A DNA stretch of 64,000 nt from a virus (IMGVR_UViG_3300037258_000549:1-64000), one strand, 5' to 3'; shown: positions 17,653 through 27,363, numbered from the stretch's first letter. Program-made: numbers and translations. The notes: generated by a model from the sequence alone, not told the origin.

Positions 17653-19338
17653 GTGACCGCTGCTGAGTATCGTCTTCACGCTGTACCCGACGTTTTCCTG
17701 CCGGATGGCTCGGTGCTGCACGACTCACTTGTCGGCAGCCAGCGGCCCCGGTTCTGGACGGCCCCGCCGCGGCACCGGGATAAGCAGCCCGGGTGCACGT
17801 CCTGCGCGAAAGACGGCTATCGAGCGGGCTGCGGCGATTACGCAGCTGAGGAGCTGCTCGACTGGTGCCCGTCTTACGGGTACGAGCTGGACTCGTGGCA
17901 GCAGTGGTGGCTGAGCGAGGCGTGCGGGGTGCGCCCGGATGGCCGGTGGGCTGCATTCGAGTGCGCAAACGTAGCGTCCCGGCAGAATGGAAAAAACGTT
18001 CTACTGGAGGTTCGCGAGCTAGGCGGACTGTTCGTGTTCGGCGAGTCGATGATTATTCATACCGCCCATGAGTTCAAGGCGGCGGCCGAGCATTTCCGCC
18101 GGGTACGGGACACCATCACCGCTTACGATGACTTGTCGCGCCGGGTAAAGCGGATCATGACCAGCCACGGTGACGAGGCTATCGAGCTGCGCCCGGCACC
18201 CACGTTGATCTTCGGCGCCGGGGGCAAGCGGGTGCGCCGCAATATCGGTGGCCGACTGCGCTTCCTGGCCCGCTCCCGCGGCTCTGGGCGCTCGTTTACC
18301 GCTGACCTTGTTGTTTACGACGAGTCGATGTTCTTGTCGGATGAGCAGGTGGGCGCGTCTATGCCGACCATGTCCGCGGTGGCTAACCCGCAGATGATTT
18401 ACACGGCGTCAGCCGGCTACCACGACTCGGTGCAGCTGGCCATGGTGCGCCGTCGGATGCTGCGGCATGACCAGTCGCTGATGGGCGCGGAGTGGAGCAT
18501 CGACCCGCATACTGACCTGTGCCCCCGCGATGAGGTTCTCGGCCGGAAAACTAACCGGTACGTCATCTGCGACCGGCACGACGACCGCGATGACCCGCGC
18601 TCGTGGGCGAAGGCTAACCCGGCGTTCGGCACCCGGATCTCCTATGAGCACGTGCAGAAAGAGTTCAAGTCCATGTCGGCTGCCGCGTTCGACCGGGAGC
18701 GGCTGGGCGTCGGGGACTGGCCCGAGGAGGAGGAAAGCTGGACAGTCATCTCCGAGGAAAGCTGGGAGCGGTGCGCGCTGCCTGACCCGGGCGGCGCCGT
18801 GCGCCCGCTGGCCTTTGCCGTAGACGTGGACCCGCAAATGCGCTACTCCACCATTTCGGCGGCGTGGCAGCGGCCTGAGCTAGTCGGCGGGCCGCCGCGT
18901 ACCGTGCTGGAAATTCCACGCGGCTGCTCGAAAGAGGGGACCGGCTGGGTTATCCAGCGGCTGGTGGAGCTGCGGAGGCAATGGCGCCCGATCGCAGTGT
19001 GCTTCCCCAAGAACGGCCCCGCGGCTGGACTCGCTGACCAGGCTGAAAATGCCGGGCTAGAGGTCGTGCGTGCGAGCAGCGGGGATGAAGCTGAGGCGTT
19101 TTCACAGATGATTACCGCAATTAAAAGCAGGACGATCATCCACCTGGGTAAAGAGCAAGCCCCCGCACTCTGGAGCGCTATCGCCAGCGCAGAAACTAGG
19201 GTGGTGGGAGACGGCGGGCAGGCCTGGTCACGGAAGGATTCCGAAAGCGATATCACGCCTATCGTTGCGGCGACCCTGGCTAACTGGGCGCTGGGAAAGA
19301 AGCGCAGAAATTATGACCCCCGGAAATCCGTAGGTTAG
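17653..19338 (+). CDS. Terminase large subunit
   Basis: Conserved terminase ATPase/nuclease architecture (...LVVYDESMF..., ...IYTASAGYHD...). The N-terminal ~100 codons of the ORF look non-coding, so the start is placed at the in-frame GTG at 17653 (uncertain). Confidence 0.75.
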   Translation: MTAAEYRLHAVPDVFLPDGSVLHDSLVGSQRPRFWTAPPRHRDKQPGCTSCAKDGYRAGCGDYAAEELLDWCPSYGYELDSWQQWWLSEACGVRPDGRWAAFECANVASRQNGKNVLLEVRELGGLFVFGESMIIHTAHEFKAAAEHFRRVRDTITAYDDLSRRVKRIMTSHGDEAIELRPAPTLIFGAGGKRVRRNIGGRLRFLARSRGSGRSFTADLVVYDESMFLSDEQVGASMPTMSAVANPQMIYTASAGYHDSVQLAMVRRRMLRHDQSLMGAEWSIDPHTDLCPRDEVLGRKTNRYVICDRHDDRDDPRSWAKANPAFGTRISYEHVQKEFKSMSAAAFDRERLGVGDWPEEEESWTVISEESWERCALPDPGGAVRPLAFAVDVDPQMRYSTISAAWQRPELVGGPPRTVLEIPRGCSKEGTGWVIQRLVELRRQWRPIAVCFPKNGPAAGLADQAENAGLEVVRASSGDEAEAFSQMITAIKSRTIIHLGKEQAPALWSAIASAETRVVGDGGQAWSRKDSESDITPIVAATLANWALGKKRRNYDPRKSVG

Positions 19339-19342
19339 GGGG

Positions 19343-19905
19343 TATAATCGAGTCTGACGCCACACGAGGGTGGCTAGGCAAACCATCCCGGTACTGACGG
19401 GTCATTCCAGATCACCCCCACCCGGACCACCCCGACGTACCCGCCCTCCTCCGGCCCCATCTACTCCGCGCCCTACCGCGCCGACTTCTCACGCCTGCGC
19501 ATCCCAGCCCCGGCCCGTCCGACAAGCCACGCCTGATCAAGCCAACCCATGCCGACGTACCAGGCCTGTCCCAGCCAATCCGTCCCGGCCGACGTCCCAT
19601 CTCGGCCCTTGCCCAGCCATCCCTCGCCGACCAGCCCGGTCACGCCTGTCCTTGCCACACCCGGTCGACGTTCCATACCAGGCCGTTCCACTCCGACTGG
19701 CCATCCCGAGTCCAGCCGCCCCAAGTCACGCCGACAGCTCACAGCACGCCGTTCCCAGCCAGTCCGCACCGACGAACCAGGCCAGTCCCCCTCCTCCCGT
19801 CCCGGGCCGACGGTCCCTCCCAGTTCTTTCCGGTCCCTCCCATTCCTGCCCGACAAGCCACCCCATCCCACGTCCTCCCACCCCAGCTGACGGGCCACTT
19901 CACGA
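19343..19905 (+). repeat. Block C2: inverted (C-rich) copy of the repeat element, with perfect TATAAT and leader ACGCCACACGAGGGTGGCTAGGCAAACC
   Basis: GGGGGTATAATCGAGTCTG then the leader, then a ~530-bp CCGAC-rich tract. Lies just after the terminase stop. Confidence 0.7.
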
Positions 19906-20065
19906 CAGGAGCCGACGAACGAGCAGGAATAAGCTGTTGCTGGCGGGCATCGTGGTGTTCCTGGTTTTCGTTTTCCAGGACCCGGTGGGTACCGCGCACG
20001 CGCTGTCAACGGCCTGGCACCGCATCGTGGTGTTCATTGACAACGTGTGACACTAAGCTGGCGTC

Positions 20066-20362
20066 ATGGCTACTACGTCACCGCCGGTCACCCGGGCGGA
20101 TATCCCGGCCATCACCGATGACGTCCTGGCACGCGCCCGCTCGGTACGGCCTTCTCGTGTCCTGCTCACGGTGCTGGGAGCGATCGGCACGGTGCTCGGC
20201 TGGGTGCCCGGCCGGGCGTTTGTTGCCATTGGCTGGCTGGCCGGGCGCAGTTTCCTGATCGGCGCATTCTTCGTCGAGGCGGTCATTTACGGGTTCCGTC
20301 AAGGCGCGATGCTCGGGCCGAGGCAGCCAGAACAGCCGCCTAAGCCGCCAGAGTCTCGTTAA
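20066..20362 (+). CDS. Small membrane protein
   Basis: ATG start. Two hydrophobic helices. Confidence 0.45.
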   Translation: MATTSPPVTRADIPAITDDVLARARSVRPSRVLLTVLGAIGTVLGWVPGRAFVAIGWLAGRSFLIGAFFVEAVIYGFRQGAMLGPRQPEQPPKPPESR

Positions 20363-20363
20363 G

Positions 20364-20378
20364 TCTGCTGCAGTATCG
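20364..20378 (+). promoter_or_regulatory. Motif TCTGCTGCAGTATCG (copy e, free-standing), directly after the 20362 stop
   Basis: Member of the 15-mer family. The next downstream feature is a - strand HNH gene. Confidence 0.35.
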
Positions 20379-20539
20379 AATAATCCGCTGCTATGTGCGA
20401 AATCTGTTCAATGCGCGTACGCTAGGCGAGAATAGCTTTTTGCCCGCGGCCAGCGTAGGAGCCGGGCTCCGTTGCAAGCGGAGGGTTCCGGCGTCCGTTG
20501 AGTCAGGTTGGGGTAGGCACAGGCGCGCTAGTCGGCGTG

Positions 20540-21217
20540 TCAGCTGCTGCGTCGACTGCAATCCTTCCCGCTCAGTGCACGCGATATCGTCCCCCGGGCC
20601 AAGCTCATCCGCGTAGCGATAGCGTCCAATGTCATTCCGGTTGTACGCAACCGTTTTATCTCGGTGATGACTTCCGGGAACAGTTTGAAAGCTCGACTGT
20701 TCACCATCTGCTCGTGTGGAGTAGCCCAGCGGCAGTTACCGGGTTCGTAGTTTCCGGCACCATTAGGATAACGGTCGAGGGTCATACCGGACGGACGCTC
20801 ACCCATATCAGCCAGAAACGTGGGATAGTCCAGCCAGCGCTCGCATACGGCAATGCCACGTCCGCCGTAATTGACATAACGAGGGTCATCCTTCGGGTAG
20901 TTGACTCGCTGCAGCATCATCTTCCAGCTGTCGTACGTAGGGGTGTTCGACAGTCCGTGCGTGGTGTTGTAGGCAGTAGTCACGTCATGTCGCAGGCAGC
21001 CGCAGCTTTTGGTATTACCCGAGCGCAGCAAGCCGCCAGCAACGACCGTCTCAGCTCCGAAGTCGCAAATACATTGCCAGCGGGTTGTTCCGTGCGCGCC
21101 AGGTATGCGCGGTACTGGAGAAAGAGCTATCAGCCGTCCGAATCTCTGTCCCGTTATGTCGGGCGCTCGCTTGCCTGCCACATGGTTAATAATAGGTGGT
21201 ATTTCTACCTTCCTCAA
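20540..21217 (-). CDS. HNH endonuclease (HNH_3-like)
   Basis: Motif TLDRYPNGAGNYEPGNCRWATPHEQMVN resembles the HNH_3 core. Lies between the terminase and portal genes on the opposite strand. Confidence 0.55.
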   Translation of the reverse strand: MRKVEIPPIINHVAGKRAPDITGQRFGRLIALSPVPRIPGAHGTTRWQCICDFGAETVVAGGLLRSGNTKSCGCLRHDVTTAYNTTHGLSNTPTYDSWKMMLQRVNYPKDDPRYVNYGGRGIAVCERWLDYPTFLADMGERPSGMTLDRYPNGAGNYEPGNCRWATPHEQMVNSRAFKLFPEVITEIKRLRTTGMTLDAIATRMSLARGTISRALSGKDCSRRSS

Positions 21218-21240
21218 GCGCTTGGAAGGGGTGATGCGGC

Positions 21241-24219
21241 GTGGGCCTTATCGAACGTATAATGTCGGAGAGGCGTGCGGAGTCCAGAGCCCTGGGAGGC
21301 GTACCTTGGAAACCTTGGGACGATCCCCGGTGGCGTTTTAGCCAAGGCGGGCCGATTCATCCGACCCGCGCGATATACGGTACTGACAAAGCACTCGGCT
21401 TGCCCGCCTTGTACGCGTGCGTTCGGCTGATCGCTGACTCGACTGCTTCCCTGCCGCTGAAGATTTACACGACTGCTGGCTCGACGGGGCGCGGCGTTCG
21501 CTATGAGGGGCCGTCCATTTTCGATCAGCCTTCGGCGGATGGCACTATCTATGACTGGATTTTCCAGTGTATGACCTCGCTACTGCTGCATGGTAATGCC
21601 TGGGGACTGATTACCGGTCGCGACGGGTACGGCTTCCCGACCGGGATCGAGTGGCTGCCGCCGGACATGGTGGACGTGCAGGATGACCCGCAGCAGCCGT
21701 GGAATAAGATGCGCACCCGGGTGTTTGTATTCGGCCGTCAGATGGCTGACTGGCGCAATGAGTTGTTCCACGTTAAGGCGTTCTCACTACCCGGCCGGAC
21801 CGAGGGGATCTCGCCGCTGCGCGCGTTTGCGCTGACCATCCTTAACGGGATGGAGGCCGCCCGGTACGGCACCGACTGGTTCGCGGCCGGCGGCTTTCCA
21901 CCCGGCACCTTCCAAAACTGCGTTGACACTGAGACGGAGTTGCTAAGCCGCGACGGCTGGCTACGGTACGACCAGGTGAAACCCGGTACCGAGGCACTGA
22001 CGCTGAATACGGAAACAAGTCAGTCCGAATGGCAGCCGGTTAAGCGCGTGTACGTGAATGAGGGGCCGAACGAGGTCGTAGCGATGCGGAATCTTTCGCA
22101 CTCGTCGGTCTCCACGCCGAACCACCGCTGGCCCGCTGTAGCTCCCGGGGCAGCCGAAATTGCGTGGTACAGGACTTCGACGTTGCCTCTGGATGCGCAA
22201 CTGCTCATCAGTGAGACGGAGCGAACCGACAAGGTAGCTGACCTGGCTGTTAGGCAGGAGACGATTGACGGTCCGGTTTGGTGCCCGGTGACTGAGAATA
22301 AGACCTGGTTCGCCCGCCGGGATGGTACCTGCTATTTCACTGGCAATACCGAAATTGAGATTGATTCTACCGCCGCCGCCGAGATCCGTGAATCGCTAAC
22401 CACAGCCATTAGGAACAGGCAGCCGCTGGTTTACGGGCGGGACTGGGATTACAAGCCGGTTGTGGTGCCGCCGTCAGAGGCTCAATTTATCGAAAGCCTG
22501 CAACTTAATGCTACGCAAATTGCTGCCATTTACGGATTGCCCGCGGAAAGGGTTGGCGGCCTCAAGAGTTCGTCACTGACCTACTGCGCGGACGGTGAAA
22601 CGGAGATCCTGACCCGGCGTGGCTGGCTGCGTTATGACCAGGTGACGACCGCAGATACCTGCTTGGGCCTGGATATCAAAACGGGGCTGTCGCGGTGGCA
22701 GCGGGTTCAGGCGGTAAACGTCTTTGATGACGGCCCGTACGACGTGATCCGCCTGGAGAACAGTACGCACTCCTCGGTGACGACGCCGAACCACCGCTGG
22801 CCGATAATGCTGTCTGGCGTGACCCGGACTCGGGAGGGCTGGCAGTGGCGGACTACGGAGACGCTGCCCGCGGACGCCCGGATCTGCGCGGCGGCCCCGG
22901 TCGAAGCGCCTGAGCCGAAGTGGTCGGATGCGACGGTAGAGCTGGTGGCCTGGTTGTGGACAGAGGGCCATATCGATCCGTACGGAGGCGTGCAGCTAAC
23001 CCAGTCGCAGCGAGTTAATCCGGGGAACGTGGCGCGAATCCGGGCTGCACTGACTGAGATATTCGGCCCGGCGGCGGAGAAGTTGCATGTCCGGTCCCGG
23101 CCGTCGTGGCGGGAAGATTATCACGACGACCGTGGAATCGTTCAGTTTCGGTTGAATGCTTTGGCTGGAGCAGTACTAACGCAGCATGCACCCGGCAAGG
23201 TAGTGAGCACGGAGTTCCTGGCATCGCTGACCCGGGCGCAGCTGGAATTGTTTTACCAGGTGTCGATAGATGCGGACGGGTGGCGGCGGCTTAATGGCCG
23301 GGCGTCCAGCTTGGCACAGAAAGACCGTGCCCGCCTTGACGCGTTCCAGATCGCGTGCGCGCTGACCGGTCGCTCGGGAGTAGTGCGTCAGCTTCCCACA
23401 AGCGGCCAGTGGTATATGGCCGTGCAAGTCACATCCTGGCGTAAGCCAGCCGGTCACCCGGAGTACAAGAGCCGAGAAACGGTGCCGCTGGTCTGGTGCC
23501 CGACGACGCCGAGCGGGACGTGGTTCGCCCGGCGCAACGGGACCACGTACTTTACCGGAAATACTAATGTCGAGATGTCGGCGCTGCAGATCATTGAGGC
23601 GCTGCGCCCGTGGCTGGTCCGGCTGGAGACGGCGTTTTTCGCGTTGCTGCCAACCAGTCGTTACACCCGGTTCTACACCGACGCGCTGCTGAAGACCGAC
23701 CTGGCGTCCCGGGCGAACATTTACAAGATCTTCCGGGATGTCGGCATCCGCACTGTTGATGAGCTGCGCGAGCTGGAAGACCTGGAGCCGATGCCGAAAG
23801 GCGTGGGTTCGGAGGCGATTCCGCACGAGATCATGGTCCAGCTGGTCCGGGCTGGCGTGGTGCAGGGCGTGCCCACCTCGCTGCTGCCCGCGCTCACCCT
23901 GGACACTGACCTGCTCGTCCCGGTGCTGGAGAAGCTGCAGGCGCAGGGCCTGGCCGCGGCGGCCGTACCAGGTAAGGCGCCGGTGCAGGAAAGCCCGCAG
24001 GGCCAGGTTGGCATGTCTATCGACAAGCTGCGCGGCTTCGGGGACATCGATCCTGTTGACGTGGACCAGATGGTCGCCATCTTGCAGAAGGCAGCGCGTA
24101 AGCAGCGGCTGCGTGAGCAGCAGGCAAGCGGCCCGGATTACATCGGCCCGTGGATTCCGTCCGAGGAAGAGCTGGCCCGGCTGACCGCGGCCAATGGCAA
24201 CGGAAACGGCAGGCACTGA
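21241..24219 (+). CDS. Portal protein precursor with two inteins (mature exteins total ~523 aa)
   Basis: Portal-like N- and C-terminal exteins. The ORF is interrupted in-frame by two self-splicing elements (next two features). GTG start (alternative ATG at 21262). Confidence 0.8.
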   Translation: MGLIERIMSERRAESRALGGVPWKPWDDPRWRFSQGGPIHPTRAIYGTDKALGLPALYACVRLIADSTASLPLKIYTTAGSTGRGVRYEGPSIFDQPSADGTIYDWIFQCMTSLLLHGNAWGLITGRDGYGFPTGIEWLPPDMVDVQDDPQQPWNKMRTRVFVFGRQMADWRNELFHVKAFSLPGRTEGISPLRAFALTILNGMEAARYGTDWFAAGGFPPGTFQNCVDTETELLSRDGWLRYDQVKPGTEALTLNTETSQSEWQPVKRVYVNEGPNEVVAMRNLSHSSVSTPNHRWPAVAPGAAEIAWYRTSTLPLDAQLLISETERTDKVADLAVRQETIDGPVWCPVTENKTWFARRDGTCYFTGNTEIEIDSTAAAEIRESLTTAIRNRQPLVYGRDWDYKPVVVPPSEAQFIESLQLNATQIAAIYGLPAERVGGLKSSSLTYCADGETEILTRRGWLRYDQVTTADTCLGLDIKTGLSRWQRVQAVNVFDDGPYDVIRLENSTHSSVTTPNHRWPIMLSGVTRTREGWQWRTTETLPADARICAAAPVEAPEPKWSDATVELVAWLWTEGHIDPYGGVQLTQSQRVNPGNVARIRAALTEIFGPAAEKLHVRSRPSWREDYHDDRGIVQFRLNALAGAVLTQHAPGKVVSTEFLASLTRAQLELFYQVSIDADGWRRLNGRASSLAQKDRARLDAFQIACALTGRSGVVRQLPTSGQWYMAVQVTSWRKPAGHPEYKSRETVPLVWCPTTPSGTWFARRNGTTYFTGNTNVEMSALQIIEALRPWLVRLETAFFALLPTSRYTRFYTDALLKTDLASRANIYKIFRDVGIRTVDELRELEDLEPMPKGVGSEAIPHEIMVQLVRAGVVQGVPTSLLPALTLDTDLLVPVLEKLQAQGLAAAAVPGKAPVQESPQGQVGMSIDKLRGFGDIDPVDVDQMVAILQKAARKQRLREQQASGPDYIGPWIPSEEELARLTAANGNGNGRH
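21919..22347 (+). mobile_element. Mini-intein 1 in the portal (143 aa)
   Basis: Begins with Cys (CVDTETELLSRDGW). Block B TPNH. Ends in ...YFTGN followed by Thr (+1). Confidence 0.65.
22585..23562 (+). mobile_element. Intein 2 in the portal (326 aa), with a LAGLIDADG-type homing-endonuclease domain
   Basis: Begins with CADGETEILTRRGW. Block B TPNH. Internal LWTEGHIDPYGG and YQVSIDADGW (LAGLIDADG-like). Ends in ...YFTGN followed by Thr. Paralogous to intein 1. Confidence 0.65.
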
Positions 24220-24240
24220 TGCCGTCGAAAGGAAATTAAA

Positions 24241-25275
24241 ATGGATGAGCACAGGGCCGCTATGTCAGCTGCTGATATGAACAATCTTCCCGATGAGGCA
24301 TTCGCCTATGTGGAGCCGGGTGGGAAAAAAGACGCGGGCGGTAAGACGATCCCGCGGAGCAAGCGGCATTTCCCGATTCACGACGAGGCGCACGTCCGGA
24401 ATGCCTTGTCGCGCGCGCCGCAGAGTCCGTTCGGTAAGCTGGCGCTGCCCAAGATCATGTCCGCAGCCAAGCGCTTTAACGTCAAGGTTTCCGGCGCGCA
24501 GCGGTCCGCCTTCGGCGAGACGTCGATTCAGGAGAGCAGCGCCTTCCCCGAGCGCCGGTTCACCCGGTTCCCGCTGGAGGTGCGCACCGAGCCGAACGGC
24601 GGCCCAAAGCACATTTACGGCTACGCGGCCTGCTTCAACAAGCTGAGCCGCAAGCTGGGCGGGTTCGTCGAGCAGGTGAACAACACGGCATTCAATGAGT
24701 CCCGGCATGACAACTGGCCGGATGTGGTGTGCCGGTTCAACCACAAGGACGACCTGCTGCTCGGTACCACGCACGCGCACACCCTGGACCTGAAGCTTGA
24801 CGACACCGGGCTGGCTTATAACGTGATCCCGCCGCAGTCGCGGGCTGACATCCTGGAGTACGTGGACCGCGGTGACGTGCGGCACTCTAGCTTCGCGTTC
24901 CGGGTTTTCCCCGGCGGGGACGAGTGGGGCGTGTCGGAGTTCAACTACCCGATGCGCACCCTGACCTCGGTGCAGCTGGTGGACGTGGCCCCGGTGCTCG
25001 ACCCCGCCTACCCCGACTCGACGGCCGCCGCGCGGGCGCTCAACGGCGCGGTGGAGTCACTGGCCAGCTGGGTACAGGGCGATACCGAGGAGGTCCGGTC
25101 CCGGTTGTCGGAGGGGCGCGCGATGGAGTTCTTCAAGCGTACCGACAACATCGGCCCGGCCGCCCAGCAGCGCCAGCTGGTCAAGACGCCCGCTAAGCCG
25201 GTGCTGTCCGGCGCACAAGCGATGCTCACCATGCTGGCCAACATGGAAGACCCGTACGCTGACGACGAGGGTTAA
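24241..25275 (+). CDS. Prohead (capsid maturation) protease, HK97 S78 family
   Basis: RBS AAAGGAAA then ATG. N-terminal KRHFPIHDEAHVRNALSR domain. Protease core ...LLGTTHAHTLDLKLDDTGL...GDVRHSSFAF. Confidence 0.7.
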   Translation: MDEHRAAMSAADMNNLPDEAFAYVEPGGKKDAGGKTIPRSKRHFPIHDEAHVRNALSRAPQSPFGKLALPKIMSAAKRFNVKVSGAQRSAFGETSIQESSAFPERRFTRFPLEVRTEPNGGPKHIYGYAACFNKLSRKLGGFVEQVNNTAFNESRHDNWPDVVCRFNHKDDLLLGTTHAHTLDLKLDDTGLAYNVIPPQSRADILEYVDRGDVRHSSFAFRVFPGGDEWGVSEFNYPMRTLTSVQLVDVAPVLDPAYPDSTAAARALNGAVESLASWVQGDTEEVRSRLSEGRAMEFFKRTDNIGPAAQQRQLVKTPAKPVLSGAQAMLTMLANMEDPYADDEG

Positions 25276-25420
25276 TTCGAACTTCCCGGGTTTATTCTGG
25301 GAGCACAAGAAAAAATTGCCGTGGCCGTAGCTGCCCTTCCTGGGGTGTGGACGGAGCCGGTGACGAAAGCGCTGGATACTCAGCGCGTAGTCACGTAAGC
25401 TCTCGAAAGGAGCAGCGAAA

Positions 25421-26683
25421 ATGGCCTCTGAGGTGGCAAAACGCCTCCGTGATAGAAGGCTCTCCGTCTGGAATGAGGCGAAGAAAATCGCCGAGGACGC
25501 GGCCGGCGAGAACCGTTCCTTCAGCCCGGAAGAGCAGGGCCGCTGGGACGCGATGCAGGAAGAGATGTCCACCCTGGACACTCGCATCAAGGCCGTCCTG
25601 GACACCGAGAAGCGCGCTAAGGACGCCGACGACAGCTACAACGCGCTGACGGAAAAGCCGACTGAGCGCGGTACTCCGGCGCAGTCCGCTGCCGCGGACG
25701 AGATCCGCAAGTGGGCGCGGGGTGAGTCCGGTCCCAAGTCGATGGAGTTCCGGCACAACACCGACGCCACCGGTCCGATCAACTACCGCGTGCTGACTAC
25801 CGCCGGGCAGTCTAGTGGCACCAACGCCAGCTCCATCGTGCCGACCGACTTCTACGACATGCTGATCGCGCACCTCATTGAGGTGTCCGGCGTCATGCAG
25901 TGCGGACCTACCGTGCTGAACACCGGCGGCGGCGAGACGCTGCAGATCCCGAAGACCACGGCGCACACCGCGGTGACCGCGCAGTCGACGCAGGCGGGCA
26001 ACCTGCTGACCGGCGTTGACCCGGCGTTCTCGATGGCCACCCTGTCGGCGTATAAGTACGGCGTGCTCATCCAGGTGGCCCGCGAGCTGATTGACGATAC
26101 GGCGGTCGATTTGCTCGGCTACCTGGCCATGCAGGCCGGCCGTGCGCTCGGTAACAAGTTCGGTTCTGATCTGGTCAACAGCACCAGCGCGCCGACCGGG
26201 CTGCTCACCGGGACCGTGACCTCCAGCCCGGGTGTGACCGGGGCGACCACCGGCGCGGGCGGCGCGCCCAGCTACGCCAACCTGGTGGACCTGGAGTACT
26301 CGGTCATCGCGCCGTACCGTCAGTCCCGGTCCTGCTACTGGCTGGCCGCCGACAAGACAATTGGCGGGTTCCGCAAGATCACCGACACCGTCGGGCGCCC
26401 CATCTGGGAGCCTTCGGCGGTGCTCGGCTCGCCCGACTTGCTGCTCGGCAAGCCGCTCGTCGCTGACCCGTTCATGCCGGCCCAGGCGACCAGTGCGTTC
26501 TCCATCGTCTTCGGTGACTTCAGCCAGTTCTTCGTTCGCCTGGTGGGTGGCGTTCGATTCGAACGTAGTGACGACTTCGCCTTCGGTTCGGACCTCGTTT
26601 CGTTTAGGGCCATCCTTCGTGGGGACGGTACCCTAGTCGACCAAACCGGGGCGATAAAATCCTATAAAGGTGCATCTGCCTGA
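25421..26683 (+). CDS. Major capsid protein (HK97 fold) with an N-terminal delta/scaffold-like coiled coil
   Basis: RBS AAAGGAG then ATG. 420 aa. Charged coiled-coil N-terminus followed by HK97-like core. Lies downstream of the protease. Confidence 0.8.
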   Translation: MASEVAKRLRDRRLSVWNEAKKIAEDAAGENRSFSPEEQGRWDAMQEEMSTLDTRIKAVLDTEKRAKDADDSYNALTEKPTERGTPAQSAAADEIRKWARGESGPKSMEFRHNTDATGPINYRVLTTAGQSSGTNASSIVPTDFYDMLIAHLIEVSGVMQCGPTVLNTGGGETLQIPKTTAHTAVTAQSTQAGNLLTGVDPAFSMATLSAYKYGVLIQVARELIDDTAVDLLGYLAMQAGRALGNKFGSDLVNSTSAPTGLLTGTVTSSPGVTGATTGAGGAPSYANLVDLEYSVIAPYRQSRSCYWLAADKTIGGFRKITDTVGRPIWEPSAVLGSPDLLLGKPLVADPFMPAQATSAFSIVFGDFSQFFVRLVGGVRFERSDDFAFGSDLVSFRAILRGDGTLVDQTGAIKSYKGASA

Positions 26684-26727
26684 TCCAGTCTGATCAGCAA
26701 GAGTTACCCGGTAGGGAAGGCTCCCGG

Positions 26728-26997
26728 ATGAGCAATACGCGCAAGATTGGCAAGGTCCGCCATAAGGTGAACTGCGCCATTTGCGGCGGTAACGCCAGCC
26801 GGGAGCCGACCCCGCTGCCCGACGGCCGTAGCGTCTGCCGCCGGTGCCGGGAGGAGGGCCGCCTTTTGCACCGGCTGCCGTGCGGGCACCAGACCGTTCC
26901 GGGGTTGCTGGTGATCAGTGACAGCACTGAAGGCAATTTTCAGTGTGTTCAGTGCACGTCTTATTCAGCAGCGAAGTTCCTGGGAAGGAGGGGTTAA
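26728..26997 (+). CDS. Cys-rich zinc-finger-like small protein
   Basis: CAICGG...CRRC...C..H...CVQC. Confidence 0.5.
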   Translation: MSNTRKIGKVRHKVNCAICGGNASREPTPLPDGRSVCRRCREEGRLLHRLPCGHQTVPGLLVISDSTEGNFQCVQCTSYSAAKFLGRRG

Positions 26998-27363
26998 ATG
27001 ACAGCGTGGACAGAGCCCAGCAGTAGTTTCACGGCGACGGTAATCGACGGGCCGACTACTGGCCCGGCCTGGGGCGGACTGGTTACCGGGGACGTAATTA
27101 ATTATGAGCGGGTGATGAATTCACACGCCATGCAAATGATTGTCAGTATGACAGGCGCGGGCGGATACCAGATGTTCTTGCAAGGGTCGCTGGACGGAAC
27201 TAATTTTTACAATCTTGGCGGCCCGTACGGCGGCGGAATGGCGGTCGTAGAGAATGAGCCGGCCCAGTTCGTGAGAACAACGCTTTCCCCTTACACAGAT
27301 AGCGGCCCGCCGGGATCCGTATTTACTGCCACCACCCTCGTGATCGCCCAGGAAAGTGCGTAG
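26998..27363 (+). CDS. Hypothetical virion-associated protein
   Basis: RBS GGAAGGAGGGG then ATG. Confidence 0.5.
   Translation: MTAWTEPSSSFTATVIDGPTTGPAWGGLVTGDVINYERVMNSHAMQMIVSMTGAGGYQMFLQGSLDGTNFYNLGGPYGGGMAVVENEPAQFVRTTLSPYTDSGPPGSVFTATTLVIAQESA

Noticed and set aside
20498-21262. 254-aa + strand ORF
   Set aside because: It is antisense to the HNH endonuclease gene, which has a recognisable catalytic motif. No RBS.
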